Virus record (IMG/VR): IMGVR_UViG_3300032236_001850
Location: 248,001-312,000 of that record
Length of the DNA stretch: 64,000 bases
Strand: one strand, 5' to 3'
In this document: piece after piece, positions 48,778-58,193 of the stretch
Position numbering within the stretch: the stretch's first letter is position 1
Layout: every line of letters starts with the position of its first letter
Program-made: the position numbers and the translations under genes
Notes under the pieces: model-generated
Seen by the model: the letters and a program-made list of their open reading frames with translations, nothing else
Told to the model about the DNA's origin: nothing
Database searches by the model: none

Positions 48778-48785
48778 GATATATA
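48778..48785 (+). promoter_or_regulatory. Putative late promoter GATATATA
   Basis: Upstream of ATG 48799/48808. Confidence 0.6.
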
Positions 48786-48798
48786 AGTAACATAAAAT

Positions 48799-50763
48799 AT
48801 GTACAAAATGCCAACAACTAAAAAATTAAACGAAGAATTAGTTTTCATTCTAGAAAGACAATCATCCGTTCTTGAATCTTCAAGAAACGATAATGATGAT
48901 TATGTCCTTGAAGGTATTGCTGCTGTTTTCGGTAAAGAGAACAACAATAATAGAATATATGAAGAAGCTGAATATCTTCCTCACTTAAACTATCTTAATG
49001 AGAAAATAGCTCAGAGAAGATTGGTTGGAGAATTGGATCATCCTGAAAAATTTGACGTTTCTCTTAAAAACATTTCCCATATAATCGAAAAACTTGATTA
49101 TGATAAAAATGGAAGAGAAATTAAAATTAAAGTTAGACTTTTAGATACACCAATGGGTCAGATAGCTAAAAATCTTGTTGATGCAGGAGTTCCTCTTTCT
49201 ATTTCTTCCAGAGCAGCTGGTTCTGTTGGTAATGATAAAAAAGTTCAAATTAAAAAAATATTCACATATGACCTAGTTGCTGATCCTGGTTTTCAAGACG
49301 CACAACTAGAAAGAGTATATGAAAGCGCTGGTTATCATTTTAGTGATTTCTTCGAAATGAGAAATAAAAGTGTAACTAACGATCTACTTTGTGTAAATGA
49401 ATCATTAGGTCTAAAAAATGATTCAGATGTGAAGATATATAAAGTTGAAAATAACGAAGAATTTAATAACCTCGTATCAAAATCAGATAAAAATAAGACG
49501 ATCCTCATGGAGAATAATGAATTTGTGACTGCAGAAGAATTAAACCAATATTCTGTTTTCTTGAAAAAAGAGATGGAAGCAATGAATTCTAAAATTGCAG
49601 AAATTAAAGAACAAAAGCAAGTATTAACTGAATCTAGCTTTGAAGATAAAAATTCAAACCTTGAAGAAAGAGTTGCTAAATTAGAAAAATATTCTGAGTA
49701 TTTAGCTGAGAATTTAGATAATGCTATTAAGTATGGTGAATACCTTGCTGAAAACTTAGACGAGAGTATAAGTTATAGCAAATATTTAGCTGAAAACTTA
49801 GATAAGAATATTTCTTATTCTAAATATCTTGCTGAAAATGTTGACAAATCAATTTCTTATACTGAGTACGTTGCTGAATCAACAGATAAAGGTATAGAGT
49901 ACACTAAATATCTTGCTGAGAAATTAGATCAGAACATTCAATACTCTGAGTACTTAGCAGAAAACTTAGACAAAGGTATTTCTTATTCTGAATATCTTGG
50001 TGAGAACTTAGACAAAGGTATAGCTTACTCTGAGTACCTAGCAGAAAAATTAAATGATGGTATCGAGTATTCCGAATACCTTGCAGAGAATCTTAACAAG
50101 AATATCCAATATTCCGATTACCTAGCAGAAAATGTTAATAAAGGTTTAGATTATTCTGATTACTTAGCAGAAAAATTGAAAAAATCAATCTCTTACAGTG
50201 AATATATAGCTGAGACAGTTAATACAACTAAATACAAAGCTACTGACTCATTAAGAGAAAGTGTAGATCTTTCAGCTTCAGCAGGATTAAATGAATCAGG
50301 ATTTGCTGGAGATTATACAGATCTTACAACAAGAATAGATAGTTTGATAGAATCAGTTAAAACACAAAAAACTGAGTCAAATATAAATGAAGCTTCTAAA
50401 TCAATGAAGCAAACAGCCAACACACAAAAGGCAGACGAAGTTCTTAACGAAAATGAGAACAAAAACAAAACAGGTCTTAATTTTATTGACACAATGCCTG
50501 AAGAATACACACAAGTTTGGGAATCACTTACTGAAGGACACAAGCAATCAATTATTGCTCAAAGTAACTTCTATAGATTAGATACACCTTACCAAGTGAA
50601 AAACTTCTGGTCAACACGTCAATTAGGAACTGCACCAGTTGGAGTTCAAAAATTAGACGAGAGCGAAAATATCGCAATGCCTAATGCACAAACAAGCGGT
50701 TATTCTAACGAATATATGAACGCTATTGCTGCTGCATTAGAGAAAAAATTTCAAACAAGATAA
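48799..50763 (+). CDS. gp21: Prohead protease (T4 gp21-like) fused to scaffold/core domain
   Basis: NNNNRIY, GELDHP, ISHII, LDTPMG, SSRAAG, TYDLVADPG; C-terminal coiled-coil repeats. Confidence 0.9.
   Translation: MYKMPTTKKLNEELVFILERQSSVLESSRNDNDDYVLEGIAAVFGKENNNNRIYEEAEYLPHLNYLNEKIAQRRLVGELDHPEKFDVSLKNISHIIEKLDYDKNGREIKIKVRLLDTPMGQIAKNLVDAGVPLSISSRAAGSVGNDKKVQIKKIFTYDLVADPGFQDAQLERVYESAGYHFSDFFEMRNKSVTNDLLCVNESLGLKNDSDVKIYKVENNEEFNNLVSKSDKNKTILMENNEFVTAEELNQYSVFLKKEMEAMNSKIAEIKEQKQVLTESSFEDKNSNLEERVAKLEKYSEYLAENLDNAIKYGEYLAENLDESISYSKYLAENLDKNISYSKYLAENVDKSISYTEYVAESTDKGIEYTKYLAEKLDQNIQYSEYLAENLDKGISYSEYLGENLDKGIAYSEYLAEKLNDGIEYSEYLAENLNKNIQYSDYLAENVNKGLDYSDYLAEKLKKSISYSEYIAETVNTTKYKATDSLRESVDLSASAGLNESGFAGDYTDLTTRIDSLIESVKTQKTESNINEASKSMKQTANTQKADEVLNENENKNKTGLNFIDTMPEEYTQVWESLTEGHKQSIIAQSNFYRLDTPYQVKNFWSTRQLGTAPVGVQKLDESENIAMPNAQTSGYSNEYMNAIAAALEKKFQTR
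49690..50235 (+). repeat. 13 tandem 42-bp (14-aa) coding repeats, consensus YSEYLAENLDK.I.
   Basis: Counted directly in the translation. Confidence 0.9.
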
Positions 50764-50780
50764 AAAAAAGTAAATAAATC

Positions 50781-52505
50781 ATGAAATTGATTAACGAACA
50801 AGAAATCTACGATACATGGTCACCGCTTATCGAGAGCAAAGCTGGTATCACAGATGAAGGAAAAAAAGGGTGGTTAACTAAATATTGCCACTATCACTCA
50901 TTAAACGAGTCTGCTGGTGCTTATAACACTTTAGGTGTTGTAAATGGTATGGGTAACGTTGCTCCTCCTGCATTCCCAGGAATGAATATGGGTGGTACAA
51001 CATTATCTACACAAGCTAATGCTGGTTTCTACAACACACAATGGCAAGGTTCAGGTGATAAATTCCCATCATTATTACCTTTAGCAATTCAAGTTGCTGC
51101 AAAAACTATCGGTTTCGACATCGTTCCGGTTATCCCTATGTCAGGTCCAACTGGTATCTTATCATACTTGGATTATGTTTATGCTGGTGGTAAAATTGCT
51201 GCTGCTGCTGGTACTGATGCTGCTTCTCAGTTAGCTAGTGCCCCATCAATGATCAAATTCCCAGTTTATCAGTCATCTACTGGTGCTACTGGTGCTACTG
51301 GTGCTACTGCAGGTACATTTACAGCTGGTGCTACTGGTAACATTGGAACATTAAACTTAACATTCATAGGTCTTTCTAGAATTGATGGTTTCCCAATCTT
51401 CCAAGTAACTGGTATGGCTGCTGGTTCTAACATTGCTAGCTATATTAACGGTACTCCTACTGTACTTACTAACTTTGGTTCTAGTGGTTTCTATACTGGT
51501 GCTACATATTCTAGTAACGGTTATACAGCTCAATTAGTTAAAGCTTTAGAGGATCACATCCAAGGTTTCTCTGGTGCTGGTTTTAATAATACTGATGCTT
51601 GGCAAGGTCCTTACGTTGATGGTACTAAAACTTACAATCCTATGTTAAGAGGTGTTGGTGAGTCTACTTACTTCAACTCAATGGGTCTTTCGACTTTCAC
51701 TAAATTCGTTGAAGCTGAGACATTCCAAGTAGCTGCTTCTGTTACAACAGAGCAAATACAAGACCTTAACAAACAATTCGGTATCGATGTTATTTCAATG
51801 ATCGAGAACGCATTGGTTAATGAGGTATCTCAAGCTATTAACAAACACATCTTAGCAAGAGCATTTGCTTTAGGTTGGTCAAATCACGTTTTATTCAACA
51901 GTGTTGAAAACCAAAACTTGAACTTAAACCTTGTGATCAACGGTTCTGCTGGTACAACATTCTCTTACATCAACAAAATTGATGCTAACGTTGCAATGGC
52001 AATTCCAGCTGGTCCTGCTTCAGGCGGTTATGAGAACTTATCAACTCTTCAAAGAAGATTATTCTCAAGAATCCTTGCAGCTGCAAACGTAGTAGCTAAC
52101 AGAGGTAGAAGAGGTCCTGCTAACTTCATCGTTACTAACGCTGCTGTAGCAAGTGCACTTCAAGATATCTCTCAGTTCACTTTCGCTCCATTCTCTAACA
52201 CATTAACTCAAAACAATGGTACTTTATACCCTGTAGGTTCTCTTGCTGGTATGACTGTTTACGTTGATCAGAATATGCAGTATTCTGATACGAGAGTATT
52301 AGTTGGAAGAAAAGGTGGTGATGATGAACCAGGATTAAAATTCATGCCTTACATGATGGCAGAGTCTATTCAGACAATCTCTGAAGGTACTATGTCACCT
52401 AAGATCGCAGTTAAATCTAGATATGCTTTAGTAGAAGCTGGTTTCTTACCAGAAACTATGTACTTAACATTCTTTGTTAACGTACCTGCTGGTGGTTTAG
52501 CATAA
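50781..52505 (+). CDS. gp23: Major capsid protein (T4 gp23-like)
   Basis: W.PLIE, LNE|SAG propeptide, VIPMSGPTG, QDL..QFGID, RGRRGPANF, MPY, KSRY. Confidence 0.95.
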   Translation: MKLINEQEIYDTWSPLIESKAGITDEGKKGWLTKYCHYHSLNESAGAYNTLGVVNGMGNVAPPAFPGMNMGGTTLSTQANAGFYNTQWQGSGDKFPSLLPLAIQVAAKTIGFDIVPVIPMSGPTGILSYLDYVYAGGKIAAAAGTDAASQLASAPSMIKFPVYQSSTGATGATGATAGTFTAGATGNIGTLNLTFIGLSRIDGFPIFQVTGMAAGSNIASYINGTPTVLTNFGSSGFYTGATYSSNGYTAQLVKALEDHIQGFSGAGFNNTDAWQGPYVDGTKTYNPMLRGVGESTYFNSMGLSTFTKFVEAETFQVAASVTTEQIQDLNKQFGIDVISMIENALVNEVSQAINKHILARAFALGWSNHVLFNSVENQNLNLNLVINGSAGTTFSYINKIDANVAMAIPAGPASGGYENLSTLQRRLFSRILAAANVVANRGRRGPANFIVTNAAVASALQDISQFTFAPFSNTLTQNNGTLYPVGSLAGMTVYVDQNMQYSDTRVLVGRKGGDDEPGLKFMPYMMAESIQTISEGTMSPKIAVKSRYALVEAGFLPETMYLTFFVNVPAGGLA

Positions 52506-52527
52506 TCTTAGGATTAACAAATATATC

Positions 52528-52557
52528 AAAAGTCCCGGATATACCGGGACTTTTTTT
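52528..52557 (+). terminator. Intrinsic terminator
   Basis: AAAAGTCCCGG-atata-CCGGGACTTTT plus T-run. Confidence 0.85.
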
Positions 52558-52590
52558 ATGACCTGAACTTAAATAAAAAATCTCTGTTGG

Positions 52591-52598
52591 GATATATA
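52591..52598 (+). promoter_or_regulatory. Putative late promoter GATATATA
   Basis: About 22 nt upstream of ATG 52621. Confidence 0.6.
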
Positions 52599-52620
52599 GA
52601 TGATAAAAATAAATCAATTT

Positions 52621-53775
52621 ATGAAATGTATTCCATCTTTTGAGGATTTTGAAGAATATGAGGGTCTTATCGAAAATCTAGATCCTTCGCTACTTAAAGA
52701 ATTAAGATCCATAGAAATACCAGAATTAGAATCTCCTATAAACGAGGGAAGAATAGCAAATTTTCTAACAAATAAACTTTCCAGATTCCTTCTTGGATCA
52801 TTTTCTGGTGTTGGTATGATAGATGAAGCTATTAGAGCAATTCTTTCAATTGAACTTGATCTTATAAGAAAAAATAGTGATTTCAAAAAAGTTATAGCTA
52901 AGTATGATGATCAAATAGATCAACTTGCTAAAGAAGGAAATAAAGATAAAATCTCTGCAGTTTCAAAGGAAAGAGAAGCTAAAACTAACGAGTTTGATGC
53001 ATATGAAAAAGCTCAGAATCTTAAACTTAAGAAAGCTAAAGAGCTAGCTAAACATATTGTTAATGGTAATGCGAGAAGAAAAGAATATATTGAGTCTTGC
53101 TATGCTGAAAATGAAATAGAAATGGCTGAACTTGAATATAAATTAGCTAAGGAGAGATCCGAGGATCAGACAGCATTAAAAGCTTATGAGGAAAGAATAG
53201 CTAAAGCTAAGGAAGAAGCAGAAGCTAAAGCTAAGGAAATAGAAGATCAGATGAAGGATGCAGAGGAGAACGAACCAAAAGAATCCAAATCCGATGTTTC
53301 TATGGATGTGGAGAAGGAGAAAAAGGTTATTTCTAGAAAAAGAGGTGGTGACGTGATTAAAAGAAAAAATGAATTGGAGAAGGAAATAGCTGATATTAAA
53401 TCCGACATGGAAAGAAAGCTAAATCAAATATCCAATAAAATTAAAAAGTCTCAAAAGCCTTTAACTGAAAGATATCTTGAAAACGCTAAGCTTGATCTAA
53501 TAGAGATGGCTACAGCTTTGGATTATAAAAAAGAGCTTCTAACAACATTTAGAAATCTTGGCAAAAATGCAGCAGAAATCGAGAAGAAATTAGATAATAA
53601 TAAAGAATTCAAGGATGCTATTGAGAAAATCAATAGAGGTGCAGGTAATGCTAAACAAATCAAGGGTGAGGTATTAAAAGCATTTAGAGATGCTTTCTCG
53701 TCGGTTGGTATAGGTAAATCTGGGGTTTTAACCACAGAAATTATAGACAAACTTAAGGAAAAATTAAATAACTAA
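52621..53775 (+). CDS. Coiled-coil putative internal head protein, paralogue A (start 52621 preferred)
   Basis: MKCIPSFEDFEEYEGLIE...INE|GR. Confidence 0.6.
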   Translation: MKCIPSFEDFEEYEGLIENLDPSLLKELRSIEIPELESPINEGRIANFLTNKLSRFLLGSFSGVGMIDEAIRAILSIELDLIRKNSDFKKVIAKYDDQIDQLAKEGNKDKISAVSKEREAKTNEFDAYEKAQNLKLKKAKELAKHIVNGNARRKEYIESCYAENEIEMAELEYKLAKERSEDQTALKAYEERIAKAKEEAEAKAKEIEDQMKDAEENEPKESKSDVSMDVEKEKKVISRKRGGDVIKRKNELEKEIADIKSDMERKLNQISNKIKKSQKPLTERYLENAKLDLIEMATALDYKKELLTTFRNLGKNAAEIEKKLDNNKEFKDAIEKINRGAGNAKQIKGEVLKAFRDAFSSVGIGKSGVLTTEIIDKLKEKLNN

Positions 53776-53777
53776 TC

Positions 53778-54680
53778 ATGACTTTAAAATTTAAGGAGTG
53801 GGATCAGCTTAATGAAGCTAGCTTAATCGATAAAGTAAAAAATTGGTTTAGTAGTAAATTTGGTGGTCCGGTGGGCAAGATTGACGACCTTATAGAGGAG
53901 TACAAGTCCGCGGAAAGTGACTATGTTGATGAATGGGAAAAATTACAATCCGAACTTGATAAGCTTGACCTAGAAAAAGGACAAACTAAAAGCGATCCTG
54001 CTGAATTAAAAAGAATTGAAAAATTCATAGATAAGAATACTCATGCACTCGAAGCTGGTGAAAAAGCACACGCTAAGAGAATAGATCTTTTGATGGCTAA
54101 GGTTAAACAAGAAATCAATGGTGACACAAAACTCAAGAAGTATTGGGAATTCAATAAAACAAAAGTTGATGCTGAAATTGCAGAGGACATGTATAAGAGA
54201 GCTAAAAATTTAGCGGATGCAACTTTAGGTAAATCCCTCTATAATAAATACAAAGCAACAGTACTTAGAGCAAAAGAAAAAGATGCTGAATTTAGAAAAC
54301 TGTATGGTGATCTAATAAATGGTACCGGAAGAGACAGGGAAAATGAACCAAATTCAAAAGTACCAGGTGGAGGATCTACAGGTTTAAGTGATTCTCAGAT
54401 GGAGCAATTCCTAAACATGTCAATAACCGAATTTGCCAAGGAGGTAAGAACAATGGAAAAAGGTGATATAAGAGAACTTGTTTCTTTTCTTATAAGAAAA
54501 AGAAATGATCTTTATGTGCAAATGGACACTGAAAGAGATGCACTCAATGAATTGATTGCTAAGAAACAAGGTGCAGGTGCAACCAAAGAAAGCGCAGCAG
54601 CTAAGCTTAAAGAAATCCGTGAAAAATACATGGACAAGATTAGAGATCTTAGAGGAAAAATAACAATAGTTAGAAGATGA
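53778..54680 (+). CDS. Coiled-coil putative internal head protein, paralogue B
   Basis: MTLKFKEWDQLNE|AS. Confidence 0.6.
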   Translation: MTLKFKEWDQLNEASLIDKVKNWFSSKFGGPVGKIDDLIEEYKSAESDYVDEWEKLQSELDKLDLEKGQTKSDPAELKRIEKFIDKNTHALEAGEKAHAKRIDLLMAKVKQEINGDTKLKKYWEFNKTKVDAEIAEDMYKRAKNLADATLGKSLYNKYKATVLRAKEKDAEFRKLYGDLINGTGRDRENEPNSKVPGGGSTGLSDSQMEQFLNMSITEFAKEVRTMEKGDIRELVSFLIRKRNDLYVQMDTERDALNELIAKKQGAGATKESAAAKLKEIREKYMDKIRDLRGKITIVRR

Positions 54681-54937
54681 TAACATTTAATACTTTCAGA
54701 TTATTGGAGGATGATTCCGAAGCAACAAAGGTTCAGGAACTCAGATTACAATTATCACAAAATTTTGATGAACTAACAGATGCTAAAGCTCTTAAGAAGG
54801 AAGGTGATCCTGCTTCGGAATCTGCAAGTTTAGATAAGCAATCTGCTATTTATGTACAGATATCAAACACAATGAAGGCTCTTTCTGCCGAAATCAAAAA
54901 ACAACAAACAACAGTAGCAACGCCTACTACAACATAA
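54677..54937 (+). CDS. Small putative internal head protein
   Basis: MITFNTFRLLE|DD. Confidence 0.55.
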   Translation: MITFNTFRLLEDDSEATKVQELRLQLSQNFDELTDAKALKKEGDPASESASLDKQSAIYVQISNTMKALSAEIKKQQTTVATPTTT

Positions 54938-54949
54938 AAAGATAAAGAG

Positions 54950-57526
54950 ATGAATCAATATTTAAAAAATAATCCAGTAGCTAGAGCAATCTTTGAAAAC
55001 CATAGAGCTGAAAGACTATTTGAAAATGAAGCTGTTGATAATGTTTTAAGAACAATTACTGATGCTTGTATGGGCATATATCAGAAATTAGTTTTTGATA
55101 TGGCACCTTCCAGAGAAAGAAATCCCGATGGTACAAGAACTAAGCTTTCTCCAATAATAGATGCAAAGGATATCGATGGATTAGTGGCAGTACTTAGAAA
55201 CGATTCAGCAGAAAGCGGGGTTAAATCCACAAATTATACCGAAGCTAAGAATTTATATTTACAAGCATTAGAAAAATATACCGAAGCTTTAGTAAGTGCA
55301 TGTAAGGTAAACAAGGCTAATGAAAAATTCATTCTTGATTATGCTAAAAATAGTGCACAGACTATGCAGAGGAGAACTGAACAACTTGCAAAATCTGCTA
55401 AGGAGGAAAACGAAGCTAAGATGAATGATTCAGAATCTTTTTATTTTAATGGAGAACTTTCACGTCTCTACGAGAGCGGAATTTTTACTGGTTATAAAGG
55501 AAGAGTTGAGGATCTTAGAAAACTTTTAGCTAATCTTATACTTGCTTCAAATGGTAAAACATCCAAAAATGGCTATGGAAGGGATTGGCAAACAACATTT
55601 GTTGATCTGGACGAAAAAAGAAAATCCCTTGATACATCTAAAGGTGCATTTGGGGAAAAGGATAAAAAAGCACTTGATGACCTTGAAGCTCAAGTTGATA
55701 AATACAGACTTGAGTTTATAAAGGCTTCTAATGCTGCAGTGGATAAATCTTTAGCTGCTGTTGAAAGTGACGAGGAGCTTAATGGTTCGTATGGTGACGT
55801 TAATACCCTTTGTGACGAGGCTAAATTGCTTAAGACAAGAGCAGATTCACAATATGCAACAGCTCTAACAACAATAAAGGATGATCACAAGGAGAAGGAA
55901 GAGGTTTTCAATAAAACATTATTTCCTATAAAGAAAGGTGACACCGATGCTGATGATAAATTCAAAGATAGTGGATTGATATTTGCTATACAAAAAGCTC
56001 TTTGTGACGGAATACCTGCAGCTGGTAAATTAATAAAATCAAAAGGTGGACCTAATGGTAAATATGGTCCAGCTACAAAATCTGTTATTGCAACATTACA
56101 AAAAATGGAGGGTAATAAGAATGTTAATGGTGATTTGGATCAGGCATTACTTTCTGATATTCTTTCATCCGATTGGGTTTCTGACGAGAACAAAAAGGCT
56201 GTACACAAAGCACTCGATATAGCAAAGGTAAAGATGAATGAAAGTTTATCGACAGTTTTTTCTTTTGCTGATTTTGCTAAATCCTCTACGATTAATGAGA
56301 ATAAGATTGTTTTCAATAATGATGATTTTTCTAAGGAACTTGATGCTCAGTATAAAGAAACTGTTTCAAGTGAACCTCTTTCTCAGGAAGGTGGGACAGA
56401 CACAAAAGAAGGTGATGATAAATCAGAATCTAATAAGTCTGCTGATGTTGATAAATTATCCAAATTACTTAGAGTAATATATGGTGTTATTAAGGAGCCT
56501 GAAACTTTCAATAGAGAAAATGGATCACTTAAACAAGCATATAGTCCCAATTTTATAAAAGCTTGGATATCTGCACTAGAAAGTGTTAAGGACAAGGAAC
56601 CTAAAAGTTATGCATATTTTTTCTATGATGGTGGATTATACAGAATAGATTCAATCAAGACTTCACTGAAGTCACCATGTAACTGGCCTAAGTTTGAGAA
56701 GGTTGATGATACTGATGATCCTAAATTGTTCCTTACAAATTATCTAAAACCTTTTGACGATAAGCCTATTGGAAGTCTTGGTTTAATAAACGGAGAAAAT
56801 AGACTCGCTGCGGTAAAGAAACTTATGGATGCAAGTAGCTCAGCTGAAGATTCAAATGATATACTACGTACAGGTGGGATGGGCAGGGTATATGGAAAAT
56901 TATCCGCTTTTATTGTTAATAAGGAAATGCCATATATCACTATAGACGATCTTAAGGAGGTAAAGGATGCTTTCAAGAAAGCAATTGATGATTATAGTGA
57001 TGATCCAGACATGGGATATGAGAATTTTATAGCTCTAAACAATCTGATGGTTATATCTGCAAATATGATAGCTTATAATAAAAACAAGGATAATTTTGTG
57101 AGTGTTGTAAAATGGCTACATGATAATTTATTGACTGAGACTGTTATTGACAGAATAATGAATGATAATATAATGAGTTCTCCATCATGGGCGAAAAATA
57201 GAAACTCACCGTCCATACTTAAATTTGATGGTAAGGGAGGAATAGTCATGGTCAGCTTTAATGATTATCAGAATTATATAGCTAAACATCAATTTACTAA
57301 ATTTGATTTAACTAAGGATCTTTCAGGTTTCAGTAAAGCAGTAAACTATGAAAGCAAAAATAGTAATGCTGATAAATCTGTACCAAGAAATGCATTTGTT
57401 ATAAACCTAAGAAAAATAGCTAGCAGTATCTATCCTAATTTAAAAATCCAATTAAGAAGGATAAATTCACAGCAGTTTTCTGATGTGCCACAGCCTGGTA
57501 AATTTAATTGTACTGAAGTAAAATGA
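54950..57526 (+). CDS. Large putative internal virion protein with peptidoglycan-binding-like domain
   Basis: IKKGD...IFAIQKAL...PNGKYGPATKSVI; RAIFE/RLFE and internal NE sites. Confidence 0.55.
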   Translation: MNQYLKNNPVARAIFENHRAERLFENEAVDNVLRTITDACMGIYQKLVFDMAPSRERNPDGTRTKLSPIIDAKDIDGLVAVLRNDSAESGVKSTNYTEAKNLYLQALEKYTEALVSACKVNKANEKFILDYAKNSAQTMQRRTEQLAKSAKEENEAKMNDSESFYFNGELSRLYESGIFTGYKGRVEDLRKLLANLILASNGKTSKNGYGRDWQTTFVDLDEKRKSLDTSKGAFGEKDKKALDDLEAQVDKYRLEFIKASNAAVDKSLAAVESDEELNGSYGDVNTLCDEAKLLKTRADSQYATALTTIKDDHKEKEEVFNKTLFPIKKGDTDADDKFKDSGLIFAIQKALCDGIPAAGKLIKSKGGPNGKYGPATKSVIATLQKMEGNKNVNGDLDQALLSDILSSDWVSDENKKAVHKALDIAKVKMNESLSTVFSFADFAKSSTINENKIVFNNDDFSKELDAQYKETVSSEPLSQEGGTDTKEGDDKSESNKSADVDKLSKLLRVIYGVIKEPETFNRENGSLKQAYSPNFIKAWISALESVKDKEPKSYAYFFYDGGLYRIDSIKTSLKSPCNWPKFEKVDDTDDPKLFLTNYLKPFDDKPIGSLGLINGENRLAAVKKLMDASSSAEDSNDILRTGGMGRVYGKLSAFIVNKEMPYITIDDLKEVKDAFKKAIDDYSDDPDMGYENFIALNNLMVISANMIAYNKNKDNFVSVVKWLHDNLLTETVIDRIMNDNIMSSPSWAKNRNSPSILKFDGKGGIVMVSFNDYQNYIAKHQFTKFDLTKDLSGFSKAVNYESKNSNADKSVPRNAFVINLRKIASSIYPNLKIQLRRINSQQFSDVPQPGKFNCTEVK

Positions 57527-57548
57527 TAATTTTTTTTAAAATAAAGCA

Positions 57549-57577
57549 AGGAGGATCTTAAAAATCCTCCTTTTTTT
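57549..57577 (+). terminator. Intrinsic terminator
   Basis: AAGGAGGAT-cttaaaa-ATCCTCCTT plus T-run. Confidence 0.8.
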
Positions 57578-57595
57578 GTGTAATTTTATAGGGTC

Positions 57596-57623
57596 GAAAT
57601 CAAATTAATTTTTGCATCTATAA
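57596..57623 (+). promoter_or_regulatory. Putative middle promoter GAAAT...ATCTATAA
   Basis: Shared motif class upstream of kinase 57629. Confidence 0.45.
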
Positions 57624-57628
57624 TATTT

Positions 57629-58183
57629 ATGATATACGTATTTGAAGGACCTAGAAATTCTGGCAAGAGCTATCTTTCCAAAGCTATAGAAAAAAGCTTG
57701 ATTATACCAAGATTCCAATTTGACTTTGGAAGTTATTTTAATATGCTTGAACTAAAAAGCAAAGATAACAGGGAGGCTCATTCTTTCTCTATGGGTAAGG
57801 AACTTATGATAATGCAAATAGCTAAAGATCTTAAAAGATCCCTTCCTGATTACATACATGATAGAGGTATATTAACTGTACTGGCTTGGGGTTTATCCGA
57901 GAATAGAATAACTGAGGATGATGTTATAAAACAGATAGAATTTATAAAGGAACATGATCTCATGTCAGAAATTACAGTTATCTATGTCAATGGTGACAAT
58001 CCTGATAAATCCAACAGAAATAAAGATCAGTGGGATTATGCAGAACTTGATGATAAGGAAAGATCAGCTTTTAAATTTGTTATCTTTAAATTTATGGAAC
58101 TCGGATTCCAAAATATAAAGATTTTTGAAAATAAGTTTGATGACGAAAGTGTTGAGAGATTAAAGAATTATATAAACGATTAA
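57629..58183 (+). CDS. P-loop (d)NMP kinase, thymidylate-kinase-like
   Basis: FEGPRNSGKS and HDRG (DR motif). Confidence 0.7.
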   Translation: MIYVFEGPRNSGKSYLSKAIEKSLIIPRFQFDFGSYFNMLELKSKDNREAHSFSMGKELMIMQIAKDLKRSLPDYIHDRGILTVLAWGLSENRITEDDVIKQIEFIKEHDLMSEITVIYVNGDNPDKSNRNKDQWDYAELDDKERSAFKFVIFKFMELGFQNIKIFENKFDDESVERLKNYIND

Positions 58184-58193
58184 ATAGAAATAT

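Noticed and set aside
49690-50235. 42-bp repeats as a CRISPR-like array
   Set aside because: In-frame degenerate coding repeats without unique spacers; no cas genes
52528-52557. GGATATAC in the capsid terminator loop as another promoter-in-loop case
   Set aside because: Motif is incomplete, and a full GATATATA lies just downstream at 52591
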